Assembly (NCBI RefSeq): GCF_963921235.1 | Contig: NC_086109.1 | Location: 2,854,001 to 2,918,000 of the forward strand | Reading direction: 5' to 3' | Length of the DNA: 64,000 bases | From: Mobula hypostoma | Lineage: Eukaryota | Part shown: positions 23,915 through 37,600 of the stretch, one piece after another | How the letters are laid out: the number at the start of each line of letters is the position of its first letter | How positions within the stretch are numbered: position 1 is the stretch's first letter | Translations under genes and position numbers: made by a program | Notes under the pieces: generated by a model | Told to the model about the DNA's origin: nothing | What the model saw: the letters and a program-made list of their open reading frames with translations, nothing else | Databases searched by the model: none

Positions 23915-25830
23915 ATGCACCTGGGAGGGTTGAAGCAGGACGATTTGCAGGGGGCAGGACTTCAGGTTCTTGGAACATTGGGATCTAGACTGGGGGAGGT
24001 AGGACCTGTACAAAGGAGACAAGTTGCATCTGAATCTGAGGGGGACCAATACTCTCACAGGCAGATTTGTTAGAGCTGTTGGAGAGGGCTTAAACTAATT
24101 TGGCAGGGGGGTGGGAACTGGAGTGAAGGGACTCAGGAAAGGACAGATGGTAAAAAAAGCAAAGGTAGTGTGCAGTCAGACTGTCAGGAAGGGCAGGCAG
24201 GTGATAGGATAAAATTGCAGCCAGCAGGGTGAGTACCAGATCATTAGGGCTACAGAATCAAAAAGGGTAGCAAATACAGCACTCAAAGTGTTACGTCTCA
24301 ATGCATGGGGTATAGGAAATAAGGTGGAATACTTGTTGCACTTTTACAGATTGTCAGGTATGATGTCGTGGCCATCACTGAATCGTGGCTGAAGGATGGT
24401 TGTAGTTGGGAGCTGAATGTCCAAGGTTACACATTGTATCGGAGGGATAGGAAGGGAGGCAGAGGGGGTGGTGTGGCTCTGCTGGTAAAGAATGGCATCA
24501 AATCACCAGACAGATGTCACATAGGATCGGAAGACTTTGAATCCTTGTGGGCTGAGTTAAGAAACTGTAAGTGTAAAAGGACTCTGATGGCATTTATATG
24601 CAGACCTCCCAACAGTAGCTGGACCACAGATTACAACGGGAAATAGAAGTGGTGGGTCAAAAGGGCAATGTTATGATAATCATGGAAGATTTTAATCTGC
24701 AGGTAGGGAAAATCAGGTTAACAATGGATCTGAAGAAAGTGAATTTGTTGAATGCCTACAAAATGGCTTTTTAGAACAGTTTGTCGATGAGCCTACTAGG
24801 GGATCAGCTATACTGGATTGGCTGTTATGTAATGAACCAGAGGCGATTAGGGAGTTTAAGGTAGAAGAACCCTTAGGAACCAGTGATCACAATATGACTG
24901 AGTTCAACTTGAAATCTGATAGAGAGAAAGTAAAGTCTGATGTAGCAGTATTTCAGTGGATTAAGGGAAATTACAGCGGTATGAGAGAGGAGTTGGCCAA
25001 AATAAATTTGAAGAAGATGCTGGCAGGGATGTCAGCAGAGCAGTGATGGCATGCATTTCTGGGGAAAACGAGGAAGATACAGAATAGATAGATTCCAAAA
25101 ACAAAGAAATACTCAAATGGCAATATAGTACAACGTGGCGGAGAAGGGAAGTCAAAGTTAATGTAAAAGCAAAAGAGAGGCATACAACAAAGCAAAAATC
25201 AGCGTGAAGATAGTGGATTGGGAAGCTTTTAAAAACCTACAGAAAGCAACTAAAAGAATCATTAGGAGGGAGAAAATGAAATATCAAAGCAAGCTACCAA
25301 ACAATATCAAGGTTGATAGAAAAAGCCTTTTCAAGTATATAAACCAATAAAAGAGAGATGGGAGTGGATATTGGACACTAGAAAATGAGGCCAGAGAAAT
25401 AATAACGGGAGACAAGGAGGTGACAGATGAACTAAATGGTTATTTAGTTATTTAGTATCTTCACTGTGGGAGATACTAGCCATGGGCCAGGTGTTGAAGT
25501 GTGTGAGGGAAGATAAGTGAGTGCAGTTGCTATTACAAGGGAGAAGGTGCTCAAAAAACTGGAAGACTAAGGTTGTCTAAGTCAAATGGACAAAATGAAT
25601 TGCACCATAAGGTTTTGAAAGAGGTAGTGGTCGAGGGTCGAGATTGTGGAGGCAGTAGTAATGATCTTTCAAGAATCATTAGACTCTGGCAGGATTCTGG
25701 AGGACCGGAAAACTACAAATGTCACTTCACGAAAGGAAGGAGGAGGGGAAAAAAGGACCAGCCATGATTGAATGGCAGAACAGACTCGCTGTGCCAAATG
25801 CCCTAATTTTGCACCTGTGTCTTATGGTCT
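23915..25830 (+). mobile_element. Decayed CR1: ORF1 end plus ORF2 APE endonuclease region
   Basis: LHLN..G, AITESWL, RRDR.GGRGGGVALLVK, RPPN, LG.SDH motifs; related ORF1 piece at 7860-8225. Confidence 0.85.
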
Positions 25831-25839
25831 AATATTACC

Positions 25840-26660
25840 TCATTGCTCTTGAACTCAATCCCTAACTACTGAAGGCAACACAACATGTGCCTTCCTAACC
25901 ACCCTCTCAGCTTACGCAGCAACTTTGAGGGATCTAACGACTTGGATCCCAAAGTCCATTTATTCCTCCACACAGCTAAGAACCCTGCCATTAACCTTGT
26001 ACTCAGCCTTCAAGTTTGATCTTCCAGAATTCATTACTTCACATTTTTCTGCATTAAACTCCATCTGCCACTTGTTATCCAAGCTGTGCGTTCTGTCAAT
26101 CTCCCATCTGCAGATCCCTGAGGAGCATCGTTAGTCACTATCCACCAGGCAGAGTATTGTCCATCTGCTACCATCCTTTTCCTTCTTTTGAATCCAGGCA
26201 GCCAGCTTTCCATGATCCCATGGACTTTTTGGATGAGCCTACCATTGGCAACCTTTTTAAATGCTTTACTAACACTGATATACATCACATCTACCAGTCC
26301 ACCTTCCCTCATTCTGTTCTGGTATCTTCTAGATAAACTCAGTCAGGCTTGTAAGACACATCCTGCCCCTCAGAAAGCCATGTTGTCTATCCCCAATAAG
26401 ACCGTGCTTCTCCAAAATCTTGTAAATCCTGTTCCTCAAGAATCCCCTATAGTTTGCCCACCACTTATCTGTCTATAATTCTTAGGATTATCCCTATTAT
26501 CTTTCTTGAACAAAAATACAACATTTGCCATCTCCCAAACCTCTAGTACCACTCCTGCGGCCAGGGAGGACGTAAACATAATCAAAAAAGCCCCAGCAAT
26601 TTCTTTCTCACTTTCCTCCTGTATAGTACGTCCAAACCTGGGGTCTTATCTATCCTAAAG
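25840..26660 (-). mobile_element. Decayed CR1 RT fragment
   Basis: VDVMY...SKAF.KV..GRLIQK motif. Confidence 0.75.
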
Positions 26661-27979
26661 TTTTTCCGGTTTTGTGATTAAATTTCATGGCTATACTTTA
26701 TGTAGAACATAGTTTCTCTGACATAATCATGATATCTTCATATATTTTCAATTGCAGTTTATTGCCAATGAAAATAATACGATTGATATGCTGTGTGGCT
26801 GGATTGGCTGCATTTGTTTGCCCTGGAAGGAAGGAGGCAGTGGGGTCAGCTGGTGTGTAAAAGGAACAGAAAGATAGATTAGATAAGAAGATGCTGATTT
26901 AAGAGGAAAAGAAGGTGTTTTTGAGGGGCAGTTTATCAAAATGATTTTTGATATCTGAAACTCACTGCCAGAGGAGATGGTGGAACTAGATACAATCACT
27001 ATGTGTAGGGGACATTTAGAAAGATATTTGAATAGGTAAGAGATAGAAGCATACAATCCCAATGCGGAAAATAGGATTAATGCAGACGATTTAAAAAAGT
27101 CAGTGATCTGAAGGGCCTATTTTCATGACATACAACAATGTGATTCTAATCTCCTAGATAGGGTCGCTGATTTAGGGTGTTGTACTGAGAAACAAAACCA
27201 AACTGTAAAATGTTATTGTTAAAACAATTTATATCTTGAAGTAAAATAATTTAGTTCCTTTAAAAAAGGTTTCATTTTGCCATTTGCGTGTCCTCCTGCA
27301 TTCTATTCTCTTGAACAATTGTCACAACGACAGTTGCTTATAGTGACTCAGTCAGAATATTTTTCACTTTAATGGAACCACAGGCTTCACAGTAGTGTAG
27401 TGGTTAGCTCAACGCTTTACAGTACCAATGACCTGGGTTCAATTCCCAGCGCTGCCTGGAAAGTGTTTATACGCTCCCCTGTGACCGCGTGGGTTTCCTC
27501 CGGGTGCTCTGGTTTCCTCCCACAGTCCAAAGATTGGTCATTATAAATTGCCCTGTGTTTAGGCTAGGGTTAAATTGGGGGTTGTTTGGCATTGCGGCTC
27601 GAAGGGTTGGAAGAACCTACTTCGTACTGTAAGTAAACAAACAATAACAAAAACAAAGTCAACAAGATTTAAAGCAACATTCTAAAGGAGCACTTGGACA
27701 GTTTATAATCACCATAGCAACCAACTACAATTCAGTAGAGTATTCACAGTAGCCCAAGATCTGTTTATTTATTCTGAAATTTCTTAGCTCCTGAAACACT
27801 TAACTTCCCATTTGTTTCAACAACCCCACTAATGTCCACCCCGCAGTTACAATGTCCATGCCTTGCGTGGATAAAGATTAATACTACGGAACAACAGCGC
27901 AAGATGAACAAAATTAAATCTACAATTGTAATCCACAAATTTCAGCTGTGGAGAATTTCACAGAGCTTTCACGTCTAAC

Positions 27980-28046
27980 CTGTGTCCTCTGCCGAAGATA
28001 GTCTGATGCACAGAATGAGCACCACTAGTCTCCTCTCCAGTTTCAT
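27980..28046 (-). CDS. TMDD1: TMDD1-like coding exon 1 (signal peptide)
   Basis: ATG at 28046 gives MKLERRLVVLILCIRLSSAEDT+G then donor gttaga (phase 1); acceptor ttctag| 13 nt upstream of the ATG (exon starts 28059); splices in frame to exon 2. Confidence 0.8.
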
Positions 28047-28500
28047 TTTGTGTATGGACCTAGAATTTTGGCCGGAGTTTGAATTTAAGCTTATTTAGAA
28101 TTTAGAACCAGGAAAAAAGACAATAGGAATACAGTTTCCTAATACCCCAGAGTCATAATGCCTATTTATTTAATATACCATTGACAAAGAGAAATACAAA
28201 ATAAAGAATCAGGTTTATTATCACTGGCATGTCATGAAATTTGTTGTTTTGCAGCAGCAGTACAATGCAAAACATAAAAAATCTATAAATTAAGAAATAT
28301 ATATATAAAATTAAATTAAATAGGTAGTTCAAAAGTCACTACTTATTTAAGTTGGCACGGTAGTGTAGTGGTTGGCACAATGCTTTCCAGTACCAGTACC
28401 TGGGTTCAATTCCCATCACAGCCCGTAGGGTGTTTGTATGTTCTCCCCGTGACTCTGTGGGTCAAAATTACAAATACATGGCCTACAATAGAACTGACCA

Positions 28501-28697
28501 CAAGATACACTGCAGACGCTGGGGTGAAATCAACACGCACAGCACGCTGGAGGAACTCAGCAGGACGGGCAGCATCCGTGGAAACGAACAGTCAACGATT
28601 TGGGTCCTGACGAAGGGTCTCGGCCCGAAACATTGACTGCTCGTTTCCACGGACGCTGCCTGACCTGCTGAGTTCCTCCGGCGTGTCGTGCGTGTTG
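28501..28697. mobile_element. Fold-back PLE terminal element with hammerhead core in the loop
   Basis: Inverted arms about 28530-28597 and 28631-28698; CTGACGA...GAAA at 28607-28630; 14-bp TSD aatagaactga(c/t)ca at 28487-28500 and 28698-28711. Confidence 0.85.
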
Positions 28698-31194
28698 AAT
28701 AGAACTGATCAGTTCTGATACAAACAAAGAATACAACTTTCCTGTTGTCCTACTGATAAGAAAATTCAAATTTTAGTTGAAAAATTGGTCAAAATGCCCT
28801 CAGGAGTTATGAAGAAACTATAGTATTGATTCAGCCTCTGGCCATTGCTGAGAGCTGCTGTTATGTATTTAACAACCAGCAGAGGGAGACATTGATTGAC
28901 AATGATTCCGAGCTTCCAATTTGTCGGCTGAAGTTTCTCATTGGGCAGTATTATGTCTCTCTTTCCACTTTCTATCAGCATTGTTTTCAATAGGAATTGC
29001 AAGCCTAATTGTGTCTGCTTTGAAAAACTCTGGTAAAGTGTATTTACACAACAGCAAATGCAACCTTATTCAATCCTGTACTTTGAATTTTGAATGGCAC
29101 AAGACACTGGATAAGCTTCACTTGGAGTGGGATCATTGAGTCAGTCAGCATCTTTGGCCCTTTTGGTCCATGCCTTAGATTTCTACAGTACTGTGCAAAA
29201 ATCTTTGGCACATATGAACAGCTGGGTGCCTAAGACTATTGCACAGTACCGTAGTAATTTTGTGTATTGCACTGTACTTCTGTCACAAAAAAGCTCATGA
29301 CATCTGAGTGGTGATAAACCTGATTCTGATATGGGTCTCTATTGTGGACTGAGAGTGGGAACGGGGCAGGAGAGATTGGAATCATGGTTGAGAAAAGGGG
29401 AAGGGGATGGGAAGCACCAGAGAGACATTCTATAATGATCAATAAACCAATTATTTGGAATTAAATGACCTTGCCTGGTGTTTCAGGGCTGGGTGTGTCT
29501 GCACCCACACCACCAGCCACTGTGCAGACACAATATTAAAGTTTAATAAGCATTTAGACAGACGTGTGAACAGGGATGGAGGAAAGGATACAGACCATGT
29601 GAAAGCAGATGAGATTTACTTAATTTGGCATCATGGTTAGTGCAGACATCATGGGCAGGAGGGGCTGTTTCTGTGCTGTAATGTTATATATTCTATGGTT
29701 CAATACCCCAGTTCATGGCAAACCAAATTTTTATAACATTAAGTTAGGGCAGTCAAGGTCCTATATCCTCTGCTTCTCTACTTTATCAACCTATATCGCC
29801 ACTTCTACAGATCAATAGGCTAAAGTCTCTCTGTTCCTCAGTTCCCCTCGAGTCTGTCATTCATCGAATACATCATCCTGATTAGACGGTGTTGAAGGTA
29901 TCACATAACACTTACTGTAATTATATTCTTCCGACTATTGCTCTGCCCAGTTTGCCAGCTAATCAAGTTTAAGTTCAAGTTGAAGTTTAATTGTCATCCA
30001 ACCATTCATGAACACCCATGAAGACAGCCAAAGGAAACAGTGTTTCTCTGGGGCCAAGGTGGAAATCACATTACCAACAGTCACTGGTCATACACTGCAC
30101 AAGGCACGTTTCAGATCGCAGTAACAGTCATATATATATAGTCCATCGTGTCCAGCGATAACAGGAAACCCATCCAGGGAGAGACTTACAGTGGAAAAGC
30201 CATTGCACTGAGACGGCCCCACTCTCGACCTCAGAAGTCTGGGTAGAGTACTACAAACAGGCGTCAGAGACTGGGGTCTCTGCAGTGGATGCCCAGGATG
30301 TGTTCTGTGCCTCACCATGCACTTCGCTTTCCACGATGAGCTGCAGAACCAGCTTCCTGGCCGTTAGATCTCACTGCAGATCTCATCCCCTCAGTCTGCT
30401 GAAGCTTGGAAAGGCATGTCCCTATCTCATGGGGTATGAGGCTGCCAGCTATCCTCACCTTCTTTAACCCACCAGGCAAAGAAGTGCACTGGGGTGGGGT
30501 AACACCTCTAGTGACGGCCTTGTCATAACCATTACGGGGTAGCTGCTGTATAAATAGCCCACGTCCTTGAGTGATACGTCCTGCAATTTGATGGTGCATG
30601 GGTGTTGTTGGCAAGAACGAGCGGTTCTCAGTGGTCACCTGCACGCAGTCCAGCCTGTCTTCCACCGGGTGAGTACTGGAGGGGCCAGTCCCCAGTCCAG
30701 CACGGACACCACGTCACTCTGCCTCCACCATCTCCCCGACTGGATGGGTCAAACAGGCAAGCCTGCGACATGAGCCCAGTCCTCACTTCAGCCGAGGCCA
30801 CGCAGCCGCCCTGCCGCCAGTCTCACCAATAAACCAGCGAACTGCACTTGCAGTATTTTACATTAGCAATGCCCACCAGCGCCCAAGAAAAATGTCCAAG
30901 GCAATCACTCGCTGGAAGACTGCATTCTACGTTCGTGCACTGACTCGGACTCACTTCTGTAGCAGGCCACACCAAATCCAGCCCCTCCACCAACAAGCAT
31001 CCTGTTGGTGGGGTAAACCTGTAGTACTTAATGTTCAGCATTGACTTGCAAACATAAAAAAGATGTTTACAAACGACAAAAAACACCTTTGGCCACTGTG
31101 TCCGTATGCTGCCATCTTACCAGAACAAATCAAAATAATTTTCTAACCTAAGAGTTTTCTCCTTACAATCAACCTATTTTTGTGTCACATACAA

Positions 31195-31585
31195 ACTTAC
31201 TGATGTAGGCAGCCATCGATCCTGGGGGATCCTGGGTTTGTGCCTCTGGTGGACTGTGTCCTCTCCAGGGCGCAAGCCTGGGCAGGAAGATTTGAAGAAC
31301 AGGCTGTTGCCCATACAGCGGGTTCCCCCTCTCCACGACACTGATGTAGTCCAAGGGAAGAGCAAATACCGATACAGCTTGACACCAGTGTCGTCGCAGA
31401 GGTTGCCAGAGTGAAGTTGTAAACAACATCAAACTGCCTTAAGGATCCCGTCTTCGGATTTCTTCCTCAGGGTTTACTCCCGAAGCCTTTCTCATCAGTG
31501 GGTATGGCCGCAAGGCAGCAGAGGTTTAAAATCAGAGTTTCCCTTCTCCCAGGTGGGCTGCCGTCCAAGGCTGTCAAGCCCCCCT
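31195..31585 (-). mobile_element. RTE-type LINE 5' leader fragment
   Basis: Resembles RTE 5' UTRs (cagcc..ggagaagggaaactctga..aaacc); related leaders near 9258-9590, 30250-30590, 32395-32597 and 56385-56530. Confidence 0.5.
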
Positions 31586-33149
31586 TCCTGAACAAACTTA
31601 CGGATAATACCTGCTAATTTAATGTTTTATTCTTTAAAGTAAATGATAGACAGCTACTGAATAGTCCAAGCACTAGTCCCTGTGATATATCACTGGCCAA
31701 AAGCTTCCAATCCTCCAATATCACTGATTGTTTTTCACTAACAAGCCAGGGAGCCTATGGACTCAAAACCTTTGGACCAGCCTACAACGTGGGACCTTGT
31801 GGAAAGCTTTTCCGAAATAATTTACACTAATTTTATTAAAAGGAAAGTTAGTAAAGGAAAGAGAGTGAATGAAAAAATATTGGTAAGCAAAGACCTTTTA
31901 TCAGGACATAGAGAATAATTAATGAAAGAGTGTAGTAGCCAGTGAGTAGTGGTATCAGCACCTGAGTTTGAAGCAGATGGTCCTGCGTTTGAATCCAGCC
32001 AAGTCACAACCTGGGCAGCAACAGTATCTGCGCAGAAGAAAGGTCTGCAATCTACTTCTGTATCTTGCCACGAAACCCCTATGGACAACTACCCTATCGA
32101 TGATGACTCCAACAAGGAAACTCAACAACAACCAGGAAAGAGTAAGACCTATTGGAACTGGAGGCTTTAGCTAAGGTTCTATTTTGTGATAGGTTTCAAA
32201 TAGTGATTGATGCTCATGTTGTAGTTAAGACAGTGGATATGTAGTATTGGATATCATAAGCATAACAAAAGAATATGTTTATTACTAATTGCCCGTTACA
32301 CCGCTTCAGTGAAGGTCCGCCCTCTCTGTTTGCCCTTGGTCATGTAGAAGGAATCTTCATTGCTGTTTCCATTACAATTCATTTGACCCATCAAGGTTGT
32401 TAGCACTGAGTCAAACCCCTAAAGCTGGAGGGCCGATGGACTACTCTTATTCCGGCCTCTACTCTTTGACCTATTTGGCAGGGGTGACCCTACCAAAGCA
32501 TAAAGCATAAAGCCCTGACTCCAGCTGACATAGCTCGCTGGGTCATTGTGGCACGCTAGCCTCCAAACCAGGACAAAGTCATGGTCCTCTTGGAGGAAAA
32601 GCAGAAGTATCTAGGCAATAAACATATTTGAAAATTGCCAGTTCCAGATGAAGCATGTCCTAGGAAAGTGGAAGAAACAAGGGAGGAAATTATGGACCTA
32701 AGAGCAATTTTTCAATCCATGGCTGCTGAAATGGTGACTAGGATTGAAAGTTCTGCTAATGTTCTAAAGAAGGAGAAAGGGATCGACCAGGTGGGCCTGA
32801 TGGATTCATTTTGTTATTGTGCAAACTACTGGAATTTATTTTGAAATCATCCAGGAATAATCAATATGGATTTGTTTAAGGAAATTCACGACTCACTGAA
32901 CAGATTGGTATTGTTGAAAAGTTAATGGAGGAGCAGAGCATTTGATGTCGTTTCCATCAAGCTAGTTAACAGAACAAGTAAAAGCTTATGAGCTCCCAAG
33001 GAAGGGTGTCGAATTCAATCCAAAATTCACCCAGTGACAGAAGGAGGAAAGTAGTGGTTTATATTTGTTTTTGCATGGGTGTCACCAGCGGTAGGGGTGG
33101 ACAGTATAGAGCACAGTGCTCATTTCTGTGTCTTTTTAAAATATATAGA

Positions 33150-34620
33150 TCATAGAATGTAACAGGCCTTTTAGTGTCAACCTCTTAACCTACTCTAAGA
33201 TCAACCTATTTCCCTCCTACATACCACTCCAGGTTTCTATCATTAATGTACCCATCTAAGAGTTTCTTCAGTGCTCCTAATGTATCTGTGTCTACCACCA
33301 CTCTGGCAGGCCACTCCACACACTCACCACTCTCTGTGTAAAGAATGTATCTCAGTCTTGCCCCCTATACTTTCCTCCAATCATCTTTAAATTACAACTC
33401 CTCATATTAGCCACTTCCACACTGGGGAAAAGTCTCTGGCTGTCCACTCTGGCTATGCCTCTTATCACCTTGTACACCTCTATCAAGTTACCTGTCCTCT
33501 TTCTTCACTCCAAAGGAGAAGTCTGAGCTCACTCAGACAGGCTCTCTCATCCAGGAAGCAAAATAACAAATTTCACAACATATACTGATCATATTAAACC
33601 TGATTTCTAATTCTGTCTTCATAAGACAGGCTTTCTAATCCAGGCAGCATCTGGGTAAATCTCCTCTGCACCCTCCCCAAGGCTTCCACATTCTTCCTAT
33701 AATGAGGCAACCAGAACTGAAAACAATATTCCAAGTGTGGTCTTACCAAGATTTTATAGAGCTGTAACATTACCTCACGGCTCTTGAGCTCAATCACTCA
33801 ACTAATGAAGGCCAATACACCATAAGCCTTTTTGACAACCCGATCAACTTGCGCATCAACTTTGTGTGGTCTATAGACATGGGCCCCAAGATCCCTCTGT
33901 TCCTCCACGCTGCTAAGAATCCTGCCATTAACCTGCAATCTGCTTTCAAATTGGACCTTCCAAAATGAATAATTTCACTCCTTTCTGAGTTGAGGACCAT
34001 CTGCCAGTTCTCAGTCCAATGCTGCAGCCTGTAAACCTCCCATTGCAAACTGCAGCAGCCCTCCACATGAACCACAGTTCCACCAACCTTCATGTTATCT
34101 GCAAACTGAATAACCTATTCTTCCAGTTCCTCATCCGAGTCATTGATAAAAATCGAAAAGGGCTGGGGGACCCAGAAGAGATCCTGTGGAACACCACTGG
34201 TCACTGACCTCCGGGCAGAATTCTCTCATCTACTACCACCCTATGCATTCTACAGGCAAGCTGATTCTGTATCCACACAGCCAAATCTCCTTGAATCCCA
34301 TGCCTCCTGACTTTCTATATGAGCCTCCCATGGGAAACTGTATCAAACACCTTACTAAAATCCATATATACTACATCCACTGATCTACCTTCATCATTGT
34401 GCTTTCTCATATCCTCAAAGAATTCAATCAGGCTTGTAAGGCACGGCCTGCCCCTCACTAAGCCATGCTGCCTATTCATAATCAGGCCATTCTTCTCCAA
34501 ATGCTTGTGATTCCTGTCTCTAAGAACTTTCTCCAATAATTTTCCCACCACTGAAGTAAGACTCACTGGTCTATAATTCATGGGGTTATTCCTACTTCCT
34601 TTCTTGAGCAAAGGAACAGT
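33150..34620 (-). mobile_element. CR1-like LINE, RT plus 3' end
   Basis: [16 protein letters not shown]...GR.CLT.L, YMDFSK.FD and LVRPHLEYC motifs. Confidence 0.9.
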
Positions 34621-37600
34621 TTATGTAATATCAGTGCGTATTTTGTAATATTTTAATGATTTATTTAGATGATTAAGAGAGCATAATTTAGGGTGACTGG
34701 AGAAAAGTATAGGCCAGATGTCTGGGGTGGAGATTTTACACAGAGAGGGGCAGGTGCATGTAATGTAGTGTCAGAGGAGGCTGTTAGATGGGCAGATGGA
34801 TGGCAGAATGGTGTGATGTGGGACGCAAAGTTAGATTGATCTTAGAGTAGTCTAAAGGGTCGGTACATCTTTGTGGGCCGAAGGACCTGTCCTGTTCTAT
34901 GATAAAAGTCTTTGTAGTTGATACAGAAATGATCATGTATTTGACAATGAGTAAGAAAGTTTTAGACTGCAGGAACATGCAAGCGGTCTGGCCAGTCGGA
35001 CGGACAAATGGCAAAAGGAAGTTTATCCAGACAGCTAATTCATTGTGAGCTAATGGATTCGGGGAGGTGAAACGAGGCAGGGAACGTACAGGTATGTCGG
35101 TGATGTGAGGTGGAGAGTCACCTTGTGCACATCCATAAACCTATATAGGCAGAAGGATGAAGGAAAGTGATGTGTTAGGAAAGGCTTACACTGATCCAGA
35201 GCATTAGGACTGGGAGCTTGTGCAAGTTGTATGTATCATCATAGGTTAGGCCAGCAGAGCCTAAGTGCTCTATCCAGGTCTCTTCACCCCTTAGGGAAAT
35301 GTTCTAAGTTGGAGAGATGTATGAAATAATGAAGAGCGTGAACAGGAAGGATATATTTGGCCCAGCATAGGAAACAGAACTTTGAAGTAATCAGTAGAAG
35401 GATTTGTGGGCAGAGAAGGATTTGGTTTCTACATATTGGAGAATAGTAGGTGCTTGCAATTCTCTATCTGACAGGATTGCATCAGCTTTAACTCATCACA
35501 CTTAAGCTGTACTCAGCTATGTAATTTAAATCATGGACCCAGTGGTGGAAGATGAGATTAGTTTGGGAAGTTCCTTTTGAACCAGAAGGTTAAATGACCT
35601 CATCCTTTGTTGCAAATGTTAAATTCTGCTGTTCCTTTAAATATGGTGTCTGTTAGATTTAAGTAATCATATAACTGAACCACCCTTTGTTCTAAAATAA
35701 GACAACATATTACAAATATATATTAATCATTGATATTAGTTGACAGTTGCTGCCATGAAGTGCAAGAAGCTGGTAAAGGACCCCTGTTAAGACATGGGAT
35801 TGGTAGAAATTCTTGACTATTCAAACTTGTGAAATTAATTTAGATAAGATTCATTTTAATATATACCTTCTCAGATTACATGCTAATTGATAAAAGTTTG
35901 GTGATTTGTTTCTGACTAAACTTACTATATACTATAAATAATCACTGGATTTCTTTATTTCTTCCCACTCCGTTTGAAGACTTCTATTGTGATAAATTCC
36001 ATTTATTATACTTGTCAATGTTGGTTGACAGTAAGGTCCTTTTCTCGAGGTTGTTTGGTCGACTTAGCCATTGTTCGGAGGATGTTGATTGGAAGATTGC
36101 GTTCCATGTCTCATGTACTTCACTCCACTGAAATCTGATTGGTTATGTTACAGACTCCGGTGGAATGAAGGACAGTAGAATGGATGAATTACACCAGTGC
36201 ATCAATAGAAGTGCTGGATGTTATCTAGTTTTACTGGATCAAAGCTTTTTCCTTTAAATGTCTTGGTAACGTTCTCATAATCCATAGATCAACAAATTAC
36301 ATTTCTGCACAACAAAACATGTTATATCAATATAAATAGCTGTGCGTTGTTGTATTTCATGTAAGTTATGTTTGGGTTTCTCAGCTTTTAGCATTATACA
36401 TCCAAATGGTAAAATCATTTGCTCACTTCTAATATATATCTTGCTTCATATTCAGCTCTGCTGCTTGAATTTATACATTAATGGCTATATTTTATACACA
36501 ATCAATCAGTTCATATGGGTTGGACTTTCAAAACAAAAATGCTTAAAGGTGGCAAACATATGTTATAGTCGACCAGTCTTAAAAGGAATGATTGCAATTG
36601 GTTATTTTGTGCAAGGGGAAAGAGCTATTATTTGGCATTTTGAAATTAACAACGATCTTATTCAAATTCAGGTTCAAGTTTAAGTTTAATTGTCATCCAA
36701 CCATACATGAATACCCATGAATACAACCAAATGAAACAAGTGTTACACCCGGGCCAAGTTGCAAAATATAGTACCAACAGTCATTCACAGCACAAGGCAC
36801 AAATAACACAAAAAAGATATCATGCATATATACAATAGCAAGCACATGGAAGATAGCAGTAAATTACAATCACACAGAAAAAAAATATACTTCAAGTGCC
36901 TGAGTCCGTGACCATTGCAACAGTCATGCAGCGGAACACAATACCGCCTGTCTTCTGCCAAACAAACAGTGCGGGGGCAGCACCTACTGGCTATATCCAA
37001 AGAAAATGTCACTGCATCATGGTGCATACCTCTCCTGTTACCTTGTGTGTTCTGTTTGCTTTGTTTGACAAAAACTTGTTTCTTATTCTGCATCACTTAA
37101 TATTCTTTCATCTTTCAGTCTTTAGGCCACAATGCCATCCACTTCAAGAATGGAGAGCTGACCAGAGGATTCCTGGACACATATCAATGAACCAATTGCT
37201 GAGGATTCTGCTATTAAATATTTATGTCTAGTAAATTACTTCAAAATATCGGCCACTTCAGATATACAACTGTAACCTTTGCTATCAATCCTCAGGCAGC
37301 AGGTCAAGTTAATATCAAATGTAACAGGCCAATTTATGAGTTATATCATTATCAATAATTAATTTCAAAACTAATTAAATAAACGTGTTTAGTCATTTTA
37401 TTTGCTTACCATTTTCTACCTTAATACATGTCAATCTGCTCTCTGAAAAGGTTTGGGTGTGGGAAATTTCAGCTCAGAGTCCTGCAGCTTGTATAATGAC
37501 ATGTTTCCAATCAAAGGTGTTAAAGATTTAGGAGAGTAGGAATGTGGTACGTGATTTTCCTTTCAAGTAAGTTGTACAACTATTTATATTGGAGGGAAAG

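Noticed and set aside
32395..32597. HDV-like ribozyme in RTE 5' leaders
   Set aside because: Could not assemble the nested double pseudoknot by eye; needs a covariance-model search
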